The position numbers and the translations under genes were made by a program. A stretch of DNA of 64,000 bases, from positions 1-64,000 of the forward strand of contig JAUCBJ010003548.1 in NCBI GenBank assembly GCA_032718475.1, in the 5' to 3' direction. Source of the DNA: Nemertoderma westbladi. Its lineage: Eukaryota; Animalia; Xenacoelomorpha. The notes under the pieces are model-generated. The model was given only the letters and a program-made list of their open reading frames with translations, did not search any database and was not told the DNA's origin. Numbering within the stretch: position 1 is the first letter of the stretch; the number at the start of each line of letters is the position of its first letter. Positions 11,931 to 23,100 of this stretch are shown here, in pieces.

Positions 11931-14900
11931 ATGGGGTTTGAGAAGCTTTCTGATGCAGTTCTTGAGGATATAGTAATTAACAGATACCAATCAAACCGTA
12001 GTGGTCTCTGCCTTTTTATAGCAAATGTCAAAGGACCGTTAGTCTATGGTTATTTTACCCTAGCAACGGAACCCAGTGATAACAGTGGTCTTCCCCATAC
12101 TCTAGAACATCTTGTATTTATGGGGAGTCGCAAATACCCCCATAAAGAAATACTAGACATCCTCGCTAATCGGTGTCTGGCGCAAGGTACAAATGCCTGG
12201 ACGAGCAAAGATAACACAAGTTTTACCATTAATACGGTTGGTCCAGATGGCTTACTCAATATCTTACCTGTGTATTTAGATCACATTATAAACCCAACAC
12301 TCACCCACAATGCATTCCTTACCGAAGTCTTTCATATCAACGGTAAAGGTGAAGCAGCTGGGGTGGTATACTCAGAACTAGAGGATGGTGAGAATACGGA
12401 AAGCAACTTGATGGATCTATATTTGCATAGGACATTGTACCCTAGTACATCCAACTACAGATGGGATTCCGGTGGTACAATGGAGTCCTTACGCAATGAA
12501 GCTACTAATGAAACCATTAAGCAATATCATGAGCGTTTCTACAGTATTGATAACTTGTGTATAATCATTGTGGGAGAAATTGACCCCGGTCCGTTTTTGC
12601 AAGTCATTGAAGAATTTGAATGCAAAAACCAAAGTGATAACAAGTTGTATGGAGACTCATTATCAGGTGTCCGACCTTGGAGTTCGGAAATCAGTGAATA
12701 TCAAAACCTTCATGAGCCGCATTATGTAGATTTTCCTTCCGAAGATGAATTAACAGGAAGTGTTATGTTGGCATGGAGAGGACCACATTGCTATGACCTA
12801 TATGTCTGGCAGGCAGGTGAGGTTATCCTAAATTACCTCACTGATTCTTCATCATCCCCTATTAGCCAACATTTGATAGAGATTGATAATCCTTATTGTA
12901 CGCGTTCGTCATTCTCTCAGTTGTATTACAGAGATTGCGCCAAATACATTAAATTCTACGATGTGCCAGAAAAGAAACTGGATTCCCTTCACGATAAAGC
13001 CCTCGCTCTTATAACTTCCATTAATGAAAATGTCATTGATATGAAAAGAATATCCGATACAATTGAACGCCTCATTAGGGATAGAAGTTCTTATCTTGAA
13101 GATGAACCACAAGAGATATCTGACGAATTAATCTCACATTTTATATACGGCAATGGTGGGCCGTCATTGCAATCCCATATTGACGATGTTGGACGACTTA
13201 GAATGTTACTTAAAGAGGATTCACATTTTTGGGTGAAGATTTTCCATACATTGTTGGATCTCAACAAAGTCCTTATTATAATTGGAAGGCCAAGCAAAGG
13301 ATTGGCGCGTCAATTAGCTGAAGAAAGAGCCCACAGAATTGAAGAACGAAAATGTAGGTTTGGAGTGAATGGTTTAGAAGAGCTTCAACAAGCTATAGAT
13401 GATGCTGTGGACGGAAATGACGAAGAAATCCCTGATGCACTGTTAGAATTGTTTCCAATTCCAAATGTAGAAAATATTAAGTTCCATAGAGTCGAGACTG
13501 CTTCTTTACCTTTGCCTGACCTTCCTTTTCCTGTTGATGTTACCTCGATCGATTCTAAATTCGTTACCATTCATTTACTTATAGATACATCAGGCGTTGA
13601 TAGTAGAATGTTATGGTTGATACCAATATGGACAGAGTTAATGTTTGAATCTGATGTTGAGATAAATGGGGTACTTGTTCCGTACTCGGAAGTTGTTGAT
13701 GAAATAAACAACCATTTAGTTGAGTATAGTTGTGACATCGGGTTTGGGGGGTCTCGCTTCTATTCCGGTTCCTCAAGTCAAGCCATAGTGATTATGGGTA
13801 AGACCACACGCGATCAGACGTACAAGGCGTTGGAGATAGTGAGAAACGTATTAGTAAATTCAAAGTTTTCTAAAGATAGACTAAAGACAACATTAACGAA
13901 GGTGAAGAATTGTGTATCCAGTTCTGTACGTGACATTGATTATGTGTGCGAAATGTTAAGTACCGAACTTAGATTTCAACCTGGCAGTACTAAAGTGGTT
14001 AACAATGCGATCAAACAAGGCAAATTGATGGATCATCTTGATAAAGACTTAGACATAGCCGTGAAATTAATCAATGATTTACATTCAGTTGTACTAAAAT
14101 CGAACATGTACTTGCATTTATGTGGTAACCTAGATCAAAACTTATCTACTGAAAATATTACAGATACATTCCAAATTCAAAGTAACACTACATCGCGATG
14201 TGACAACAACGACAATGACATTCTAAAGAGTATTTCCTCAAGAATATTTAGACGCAATGCCGAATTTACTGGAGTTATTTACGGACTTCAGGCTGCTGAG
14301 AGCAGCTACCTATTGGCCAGCGCTCCGGTCTTTACTGATCGGCACCATCCTGACGTCGCTCCTTTACTGGTTCTATTCCAGTATCTTAGCTCCTCCAGCG
14401 GCCCCCTATGGAACGAAATACGCGGCTCTGGACTGGCTTACAATGTGGGTATGGAGTTGAGCGTAGGTACCGGTCTGTTGACCTTATGGGTCTACCAGAG
14501 CACACAGTTGGTACAGGCCTACAAAGCAGCCCAAAAGGTTGTTCTCGATGTATTGGATGACGAAGACTTTATATCTGATGAAGACGTTGGAGCTGCCAAG
14601 AGTAACCTCGTCTACAGTATAGTCGAGAAAGAGTCGACTCCTAGTTCCGCAGGTTACCAACACCTTAACCATCTTGTTAACGGAGTTTCCCTCGACTACA
14701 GCAGACAATTACTTCATCGAATTGACTCAGTTGCAGTCGACGAAGTGAATAGAGTTGCCAATGGATACCTAAATCTGGTGTTCCAACCGGAATCTAGTTG
14801 GTGTATTGTGTGCACACATGCGGACAAGGTTAATGAGATACAGACGGCTTTGGGGGCGTGTAACAGACCTGTCACTGTTATTGACGACTTATACACAACC

Positions 14901-14939
14901 TACGATATCGACTTTGATGCTGTTTTCGGAAATGAATAA
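11931..14939 (+). CDS. M16 family (insulinase-like) zinc metallopeptidase, C. elegans C05D11.1-like, about 1002 aa, intronless CDS
   Basis: Inverted zincin motif GLPHTLEHLVFMGS, NRCLAQGTNAWT, GVVYSE, GPLWNEIRGSGLAY. First ATG at 11931 (ORF track starts at a TTG); stop overlaps AATAAA. Confidence 0.9.
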   Translation: MGFEKLSDAVLEDIVINRYQSNRSGLCLFIANVKGPLVYGYFTLATEPSDNSGLPHTLEHLVFMGSRKYPHKEILDILANRCLAQGTNAWTSKDNTSFTINTVGPDGLLNILPVYLDHIINPTLTHNAFLTEVFHINGKGEAAGVVYSELEDGENTESNLMDLYLHRTLYPSTSNYRWDSGGTMESLRNEATNETIKQYHERFYSIDNLCIIIVGEIDPGPFLQVIEEFECKNQSDNKLYGDSLSGVRPWSSEISEYQNLHEPHYVDFPSEDELTGSVMLAWRGPHCYDLYVWQAGEVILNYLTDSSSSPISQHLIEIDNPYCTRSSFSQLYYRDCAKYIKFYDVPEKKLDSLHDKALALITSINENVIDMKRISDTIERLIRDRSSYLEDEPQEISDELISHFIYGNGGPSLQSHIDDVGRLRMLLKEDSHFWVKIFHTLLDLNKVLIIIGRPSKGLARQLAEERAHRIEERKCRFGVNGLEELQQAIDDAVDGNDEEIPDALLELFPIPNVENIKFHRVETASLPLPDLPFPVDVTSIDSKFVTIHLLIDTSGVDSRMLWLIPIWTELMFESDVEINGVLVPYSEVVDEINNHLVEYSCDIGFGGSRFYSGSSSQAIVIMGKTTRDQTYKALEIVRNVLVNSKFSKDRLKTTLTKVKNCVSSSVRDIDYVCEMLSTELRFQPGSTKVVNNAIKQGKLMDHLDKDLDIAVKLINDLHSVVLKSNMYLHLCGNLDQNLSTENITDTFQIQSNTTSRCDNNDNDILKSISSRIFRRNAEFTGVIYGLQAAESSYLLASAPVFTDRHHPDVAPLLVLFQYLSSSSGPLWNEIRGSGLAYNVGMELSVGTGLLTLWVYQSTQLVQAYKAAQKVVLDVLDDEDFISDEDVGAAKSNLVYSIVEKESTPSSAGYQHLNHLVNGVSLDYSRQLLHRIDSVAVDEVNRVANGYLNLVFQPESSWCIVCTHADKVNEIQTALGACNRPVTVIDDLYTTYDIDFDAVFGNE

Positions 14940-15397
14940 ACTAAACATCGCCACTAACGCTGGCGTGTAATTTATATTTCTGTTACTTGTTCATAATAAA
15001 TTGCTATTGTCGGCCTGTGTACACTAAGCGAGCGATATTTCGCATTGAAATGAGGGGAGGGGGAGGAGGGTGTGTTCACAAGGTAAAAGGGCTTGAAAGA
15101 AAAAAGAGTATATGGACACAAATAACAAGTGAACAAATTATTGTTTTAGAAACACTGTCACTGCTCCTTTACCCTAATATGGTACTTTAAACACAATAAA
15201 CCACGTTTTTTAATGCAATTTTGTGACCCCCACCTCCGCCTCCACCATTATTGATATGTTGATATCAAAGAGCAGAGGATTTATTTGTGTTACTGTTATT
15301 ATTCGTGCATCTTATTTACTGCACTGGCTATTATAGTTATCTAAATTAATAATTTGCTGTACAACGAATATACAAAAAATACGAACAATAAATACGA

Positions 15398-15790
15398 ATG
15401 TCATCCCATAACATTAAACCCATGACGTCATCCCATCCCAATACTAACTTTAAACCCATGACGTCATCCCATCCCAATACTAACTTTAAACCCATGACGT
15501 CATCCCATCCCAATACTAACAGTAAAACCATGACGTCATCCCATCCCAATACTAACAGTAAACGCATGACGTCATCCCATCCCAATACTAACAGTAAACC
15601 CATGACGTCATTCCAACACTCTGTAAACACATGACGTCATCCCAACACAAACAGTTGTAAGCCATGTAAACCCATGACGTCATCCCAACACTAACAGTAA
15701 GCCAATGACGTCATCCCGACACTAACAGTAAGCCAATGACGTCATCCCACCCCAAATTCACTAACATTAAGCCAATAACGTCATCCCAAC
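15398..15790. repeat. About 36-bp minisatellite carrying ten TGACGTCA palindromes
   Basis: Unit AAACCCATGACGTCATCCCATCCCAATACTAAC(TTT/AGT), shortening to about 31 bp toward the donor at 15820. Confidence 0.9.
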
Positions 15791-15820
15791 ACTACGCCAT
15801 GCCGTCATTGATAAACTCAC

Positions 15821-16050
15821 CACATCCTTCTTCATCGTCATCGCCCGCACAGTCGGCGAACCCGTTGCAGATTCTCCGTTCGTCGATACAACGACCGTCC
15901 GCGCATCGGAACTGCGTGTTCGCGCATTCATAGTCCCCATGGCAACCAACTTCGTCGCTCCCTTCGCCGCAGTCGTTGTTGGTGTCGCAACGTAACTCTT
16001 TGGGGATACATTGGCCAGTACCGCATCGGAACTCATCGCTCGTACAAGGA
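15821..16050 (-). CDS. LRP2: LRP2-like exon 15 (two LDLa)
   Basis: PCTSDEFRCGTGQCIPKELRCDTNNDCGEGSDEVGC..CANTQFRCADGRCI..CNGFADC..DEEGC|GTGAGT. Confidence 0.9.
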
Positions 16051-17568
16051 CTGTAATAGTTATGGGTTACATTGGGGTCTGTAATAGTTAGGGTTACATT
16101 GGGGACTGTAATAGTTAGGGGTTACATTGGGGTATATAATAGTTAGGGGTTATATTGGGGTCTGTAATAGTTAGGGGTTACATTGGGGACTGTAATAGTT
16201 AGGAGTTACATTGGGGTCTGTAATAGTTAGGGGTTACATTGGGGTCTGTAATAGTTAGGGGTTACATTGGAGTCTGTAATAGTTAGGGGTTATATTGGGG
16301 TCTGTAATAGTTAGGGGTTACATTGGGGACTGTAATAGTTAGGGGTTACATTGGGGTCTGTAATAGTTAGGGGTTGCATGGGGTCTGTAATAGTTAGGAG
16401 TTACATTGGGGACTGTAATAGTTAGGGGTTACATTGGGGACTGTAATAGTTAGGGGTTACATTGGGGTCTGTAATAGTTAAAGGGTTACATTGGGGACTG
16501 TATTAGTTAGGGGTTACATTGGGGACTGTAATAGTTAGGGGTTACATTGGGGTCTGTAATAGTTAAAGGGTTACATTGGGGACTGTATTAGTTAGGGGTT
16601 ACATTGGGGACTGTAATAGTTAGGGGTTACATTGGGGTCTATAATAGTTAGGGGTTACATTGGGGACTGTAATAGTTAGGGGTTACATTGGGTTCTGTAA
16701 TAGTTAGGGGTTACATTGGGGTCTGTAATAGTTAAAGGGTTACATTGGGGACTGTATTAGTTAGGGGTTACATTGGGGACTGTAATAGTTAGGGGTTACA
16801 TTGGGGTCTATAATAGTTAGGGGTTACATTGGGGACTGTAATAGTTAGGGGTTACATTGGGGACTGTATTAGTTAGGGGTTACATTGGGGTCTGTAATAG
16901 TTAAAGGGTTACATTGGGGACTGTATTAGTTAGGGGTTACATTGGGGACTGTAATAGTTAGGGGTTACATTGGGGTCTATAATAGTTAGGGGTTACATTG
17001 GGGACTGTAATAGTTAGGGGTTACATTGGGGACTGTATTAGTTAGGGGTTACATTGGGGTCTGTAATAGTTAGGGGTTACATTGGGGTCTATAATAGTTA
17101 GGGGTTACATTGGGGACTGTAATAGTTAGGGGTTACATTGGGGACTGTAATAGTTAGGGGTTACATTGGGGACTGTATTAGTTAGGGGTTACATTGGGGA
17201 CTGTAATAGTTAGGGGTTACATTGGGGTCTGTAATAGTTAAAGGGTTACATTGGGGACTGTGATAGTTAAAGGGTTACATTGGGGACTGTAATAGTTAGG
17301 GGTTACATTGGGGTCTGTAATAGTTAGGGGTTACATTGGGGACTGTAATAGTTAGGGGTTACATTGGGGTCTGTAATAGTTAGGGGTTACATTGGGGTCT
17401 GTAATAGTTAGGGGTTACATTGGGGTCTGTAATAGTTAGGGGTTACATTGGGGTCTGTAATAGTTAGGGGTTACATTGGGGTCTGTAATAGTTAGGGGTT
17501 ACATTGGGGTCTGTAATAGTTAGGGGTTTACATTGGGGTCTGTAATAGTTAGGGGTTACATTGGGGTC
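16049..17568. repeat. 29-bp satellite (about 52 copies) made of the branch point and acceptor of LRP2 exon 15
   Basis: Plus-strand unit G(A/T)CTGTAATAGTTAGGGGTTACATTGGG; minus strand reads CCCAATGTAACCCCTAACTATTACAG(T/A)C. Confidence 0.95.
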
Positions 17569-17586
17569 GTACACTCATTCACCCAC

Positions 17587-17704
17587 CTATAATGACATAT
17601 TAATCCTTCGTCACTCCCATCACCACAATCGTCACGGAAGTTGCATAGCAACCGAATGTTAACGCAATTACCATTGTCGCAGCGATGGCCATGTTGCGAA
17701 CAAG
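17587..17704 (-). CDS. LRP2: LRP2-like exon 14 (LDLa)
   Basis: [38 protein letters not shown]|GTGGGT; phases match both neighbours. Confidence 0.88.
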
Positions 17705-18309
17705 CTAAGGAGAATACATTGACTTTCTATTATATTTTATCGTTGTAAATTCCACAAATTAATAAGTATCATAATTTATTTCCAACTGAACCTGAAACAA
17801 GCTGCTCATGCTCAGTTGGAGCATCAGGCAGGCACTTATAGTTCGAATTGGGTTCCAGCGACAGAAAGTCGATCTCACACTTTATTTCTAAAACCTGTGG
17901 CAGGAATATCCTGTTTGGTGCCCCAAGAGTGGTCCTAATTCAATTGTTGTGAATACGTTGCCTATAATACAACTACTACAACAGTACAGTGTATATGGGA
18001 ATACAGCTTCTTTGTTCATCGGTCAAAATAACTAAAAGTATGGCCAAAGCTAAATAAAAAACATTAGGCACGCCGTAAATTTTGACTTTCTCTATCATTT
18101 CCACTAATTTATATCTTAAAATGACCGACATTTTTTGGTGTTATAGGTCACCATTATTTTGGAACGCTGTAATGCGTCCCTCCATTACACGCTCTATACT
18201 GCACTATACGAAAATGGCATAACAGGTGGGGACTTAAGACTTAACTTAAAACCCTACTACTAGGATCGGCATGCTGCATTGCAGTTGCATTATATTTATA
18301 TTACATATA

Positions 18310-19420
18310 TATTAAGAATGCTGTGCTGGCTTGTCGACAAAACTGCGCTGCCACAACTCCCTATCACCCATGACATTTGCTAGATCATCCGCATCTTCAA
18401 GGCCAGTGTCCTTTAAGATGCGTCTCAAGAAAGTCATGGGCTGTCCACCATGCTTATTCACTACATGAGGCTGTCAAAGCACAAGATTATGCACTGGCTG
18501 GTCCTCACGGCGAAAGCAATGTCCTGCAAAGCGGAGGCGGCTTTGTTCTAGTGTCAAGCTTGTGGGAACCAATGAGACACCTCCAATGTTATATAGTGTC
18601 TGGTTGGAGATGTGTGCATTGTACTTGACACAATGAACCCGGCGTAGCATTCTTGTGAATGTGCCATCCAGAGATTTGGTGTCCTCAGCAGTTAGAGCCC
18701 AACAAGGACTCCCATAGAGGAGTTCTTAAGTTTCCGATGAATTATATGTGACTTGCAAATCCTGGAAAGCCCATTCAAGGCTGCCCATGCCTTTCCCTTA
18801 CGTATTCGAAGGTCCTCACCTGACTTCCGGATCCATGACCCCAGGAAACACAAGTCGTCCACATAAAGTTAACTGTCAAAATTTTGGTCTTTTTAGAGTT
18901 AATAAAAAGACCAACACTAGAAGCAGCCTGTTCTAATGAGCTGAGGCGCCGTTGGGTTCCCTCTAGTGATTCTGAGAGTACTCATAAGTCCTCAGCAAAG
19001 TCTAGATCAGTTAGGTACTTTTTAACACAAGTACTTGATAACACTTAGAATGGTTCTGTGTCATCGTCAACAGTAGACACCGACAATGTTGTCGAACCAT
19101 CGTATACTGATCTGATTGCTGCAATAATTTCATCAGGAATCCCATATAATGATAGTATGCTGACCATGTGAGCGAGAGACTGAATCAAAGGCCTTGAAGA
19201 AGTCAACAAAGATAACAGCCAGATGCCTGTCTTTCTTTTTTGATAATTCTTCAGTTATCCTTCTAAGTGCCAAAATGGGCTCCCTGGTCCCACGACCTTT
19301 ACGGAACCCATTCTGATTTCCACGGAGCAGTCTCTCAATAGGATCCCTAATGCGATTTAATATAATTATATTGTATAGCTTTGCAGCAATCGAGATCAAT
19401 GAGTTTCCATGAAAAGAACC
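18310..19420 (-). mobile_element. Decayed, 5'-truncated non-LTR retrotransposon (RTE-clade-like RT)
   Basis: AAKLYN..LNRI..QNGFRKGR..LRRI.E..IFVDFFKAFDSV (RT), then RLRFAGHCFR and DTGL..M.DR.LW in other frames; broken by stops, frameshifts and deletions. Confidence 0.8.
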
Positions 19421-19967
19421 ATAGAATGTTAGGTTGTCCTTCTTGGGAACTGGTGTCATTTTTTGTGGGACCCTTGTCGTTCTGTACATGTTCACTATAA
19501 TGGGATAAATGAGCTTCAAACACATAGTTTATTTTAAAGACGTTAGGGGACTCAGACACTTTTACTTAAAACCCAAATAGAGCTAATGAAGTAAAATTTA
19601 ATAGCTGTTCATTGAGCACATCAAATTCTCCTTAAAAAGAGCTTTCGAATGATATATATGTTTAGGTTTTGAAACAAAAAATTTTTGACGAAAATCCCAA
19701 CCTAATTTTGGCCACTTTTAGTGACTTTGACCCATAGGAGTTATTAAATAAATTATCACATCCACGTGGAGCTATATGTTCTAGGCCAATAATTACAGTT
19801 ATGGATACCAGAAGATTTTGGCGCCAATAATTTTATCTATACTTTTGATCATCAAAATCTGAAAAGGAGTTGTATATTTTTCAGTGGCCGGACTGTAACA
19901 GTTCAAACCTCATAGTTAATTTAGGAAGAAGAAGTGCTAATTGTATAATTAATATGGCGTTACTAAC

Positions 19968-20124
19968 CGAGTTGGTGTTGGCAGTTATCTTCGTCCGAAG
20001 AATCGTGGCAATCGTCGTCTCCGTCGCAAATCCAGTCGGTAGGAACGCAACGTCCGTTACCGCATTGGAACTCGGTAATAAAACATTGGGGAAGAGCGGG
20101 TTCGTTGGTGTCAGAAACGCACGT
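19968..20124 (-). CDS. LRP2: LRP2-like exon 13 (first LDLa of the 8-repeat cluster)
   Basis: TTGTAG|ACG TGC: [48 protein letters not shown]..|GTTAGT; completes the EGF of exon 12 (GGK|TC). Confidence 0.9.
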
Positions 20125-23100
20125 CTACAAGATAAAAACATTTGGGAAGAGCGGGTTCGTTGGTGTCAGAAACACACGTCTACAAGATAAAAACATTGGG
20201 GAAGAGCGGGTTCGTTGGTGTCAGAAACGCACGTCTACAAGATAAAAACATTGGGGAAGAGGGGGTTCGTTGGTGTCAGAAACGCACGTCTACAAGATAA
20301 AAACATTGGGGAAGAGCGGGTTCGTTGGTGTCGGAAACGCACGTCTACAAGATAAAAACATTGGGGAAGAGCGGTATCAGAAACGCACGTCTACAAGATA
20401 AAAACATTGGGGAAGAGCGGGTTCGTTGGTGTCGGAAACGCCCGTCTACAAGATAAAAACATTGGGGAAGAGTGGGTTCGTTGGTGTCAGAATCGCACGT
20501 CTATAAGATAAAAACATTGGGTAAGAGCGGTTTCGTTGGTGTCAGAAACACACGTCTACAAGATAAAAACAATGGGGAAGAGAGGGTTCGTTGGTCTCAG
20601 AAACGCACGTCTACAAGATAAAAACATTGGGGAAGAGCGGGTTCGTTGGTGTCAGAAACGCCCGTCTACAAGATAAAAACATTGGGGAAGAGCGGGTTCG
20701 TTGGTGTCAGAAACGCACGTCTACAAGATAAAAACATTGGGGAAGAGCGGGTTCGTTGGTGTCAGAAACGCACGTCTACAAGATAAAAACATTGGGGAAG
20801 AGAGGGTTCGTTGGTCTCAGAAACACACGTCTACAAGATAAAAACATTGGGGAAGAGCGGGTTCGTTGGTGTCAGAAACGCACGTCTACAAGATAAAAAC
20901 ATTGGGTAAGAGCGGGTTCGTTGGTGTCAGAAACGCACGTCTACAAGTTAAAAACATTGGGGAAGAGCGGGTTCGTTGGTGTCAGAAACGCACGTCTACA
21001 AGATAAAAACATTGGGTAAGAGCGGGTTCGTTGGTGTCAGAAACGCACGTCTACAAGATAAAAATATTGGGTAAGAGCGGGTTCGTTGGTGTCAGAAACG
21101 CACGTCTACAAGATAAAAACATTGGGGAAGAGCGGGTTCGTTGGTGTCAGAAACGCACGTCTACAAGATGAAAACATTGGGGAAGAGCGGGTTCGTTGGT
21201 CTCAGAAACGCACGTCTAGAAGATGAAAACATTGGGGAAGAGCGGGTTCGTTGGTCTCAGAAACGCACGTCTACAAGATAAAAACATTGGGGAAGAGGGG
21301 GTTCGTTGGTGTCAGAAACGCCCGTCTACAAGATAAAAACATTGGGGAAGAGCGGGTTCGTTGGTGTCAGAAACGCACGTCTACAAGATAAAAACATTGG
21401 GGAAGAGCGGGTTCGTTGGTGTCAGAAACGCACGTCTACAAGATAAAAACATTGGGGAAGAGCGGGTTCGTCGTTGGTGTCAGAAACGCACGTCTACAAG
21501 ATAAAAACATTGGGTGAGAGCGGGTTCGTTGGTGTCCGTAACGTAACGCACGTCTACAAGATAAAAACATTGGGGAAGAGCGGGTTCGTTGGTGTCAGAA
21601 ACGCACGTCTACAAGATAAAAACATTGGGGAAGAGCGGGTTCGTTGGTGTCAGAAACGCACGTCTACAAGATAAAAACATTGGGTAAGAGCGTTTTCGTT
21701 GGTGTCAGAAACGCACGTCTACAAGATAAAAACATTGGGGAAGGGCGGGTTCGTTGGTGTCAGAAACGCACGTCTACAAGATAAAAACATTGGGGAAGAG
21801 CGGGTTCGTTGGTGTTAGAAACGCACGTCTACAAGATAAAAACATTGGGGAAGAGCGGGTTCGTTGGTGTCAGAAACGCACGTCTACAAGATAAAAACAT
21901 TGGGTAAGAGCGGGTTCGTTGGTGTCAGAAACGCACGTCTACAAGATAAAAACATTGGGGAAGAGCGGGTTCGTTGGTGTCAGAAACGCCCGTCTACAAG
22001 ATAAAAAAATTGGGTAAGAGCGGGTTCGTTGGTGTCAGAAACGCACGTCTACAAGATAAAAACATTGGGGAAGAGCGGATTCGTTGGTGTCAGAAACACA
22101 CGTCTACAAGATAAAAACATTGGGGAAGAGCGGGTTCGTTGGTGTCAGAAACACACGTCTACAAGATAAAAACATTTGGGAAGAGCGGGTTGTTGGTGTA
22201 AGAAACGCACGTCTACAAGTTAAAAACATTGGGGAAGAGCGGGTTCGTTGGTGTCAGAAACGCACGTCTAAGTTAAAAACATTGGGGGAGAGCGGGTTCG
22301 TTGTTGTCAGAAACGCACGTCTACAAGATAAAAACATTGGGGAAGAGCGGGTTCGTTGGTGTCAGAAACACACGTCTACAAGATAAAAACATTGGGGAAG
22401 AGCGGGTTGTTGGTGTAAGAAACGCACGTCTACAAGTTAAAAACATTGGGGAAGAGCGGGTTCGTTGGTGTCAGAAACGCACGTCTAAGTTAAAAACATT
22501 GGGGAAGAGCGGGTTCGTTGTTGTCAGAAACGCACGTCTACAAGATAAAAACATTGGGGAAGAGCGGGTTCGTTGGTGTCAGAAACACACGTCTACAAGA
22601 TAAAAACATTGGGGAAGAGCGGGTTGTTGGTGTCAGAAACGCACGTCTACAAGATAAAAACATTGGTGAAGAGCGGGTTCGTTGGTGTCAGAAACGCACG
22701 TCTACAAGTTAAAAACATTGGGGAAGAGCGGGTTCGTTGGTGTCAGAAACGCACGTCTACAAGTTAAAAACATTGGGGAAGAGCGGGTTCGTTGGTGTCA
22801 GAAACGCACGTCTACAAGATAAAAACATTGGGGAAGAGCGGGTTCGTTGGTGTCAGAAACGCACGTCTAAGTTAAAAACATTGGTGAAGAGCGGGTTTGT
22901 TGGTGTCAGAAACGCACGTCTACAAGTTAAAAACATTGGGGAAGAGCGGGTTCGTTGGTGTCAGAAACGCACGTCTACAAGTTAAAAACATTGGGGAAGA
23001 GCGGGTTCGTTGGTGTCAGAAACGCACGTCTACAAGTTAAAAACATTGGGGAAGAGCGGGTTCGTTGGTGTCAGAAACACACGTCTACAAGATAAAAACA

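Noticed and set aside
9443-14939. ALG8 and the M16 peptidase as a trans-spliced operon
   Set aside because: The gap is about 900 bp, ALG8 has its own AATAAA, and there is no AG acceptor close to the peptidase ATG.
16049-17568. TTAGGG in each 29-bp unit as interstitial telomere
   Set aside because: It is not tandem (TTAGGG)n; it is the reverse complement of the CCCTAA branch-point region.
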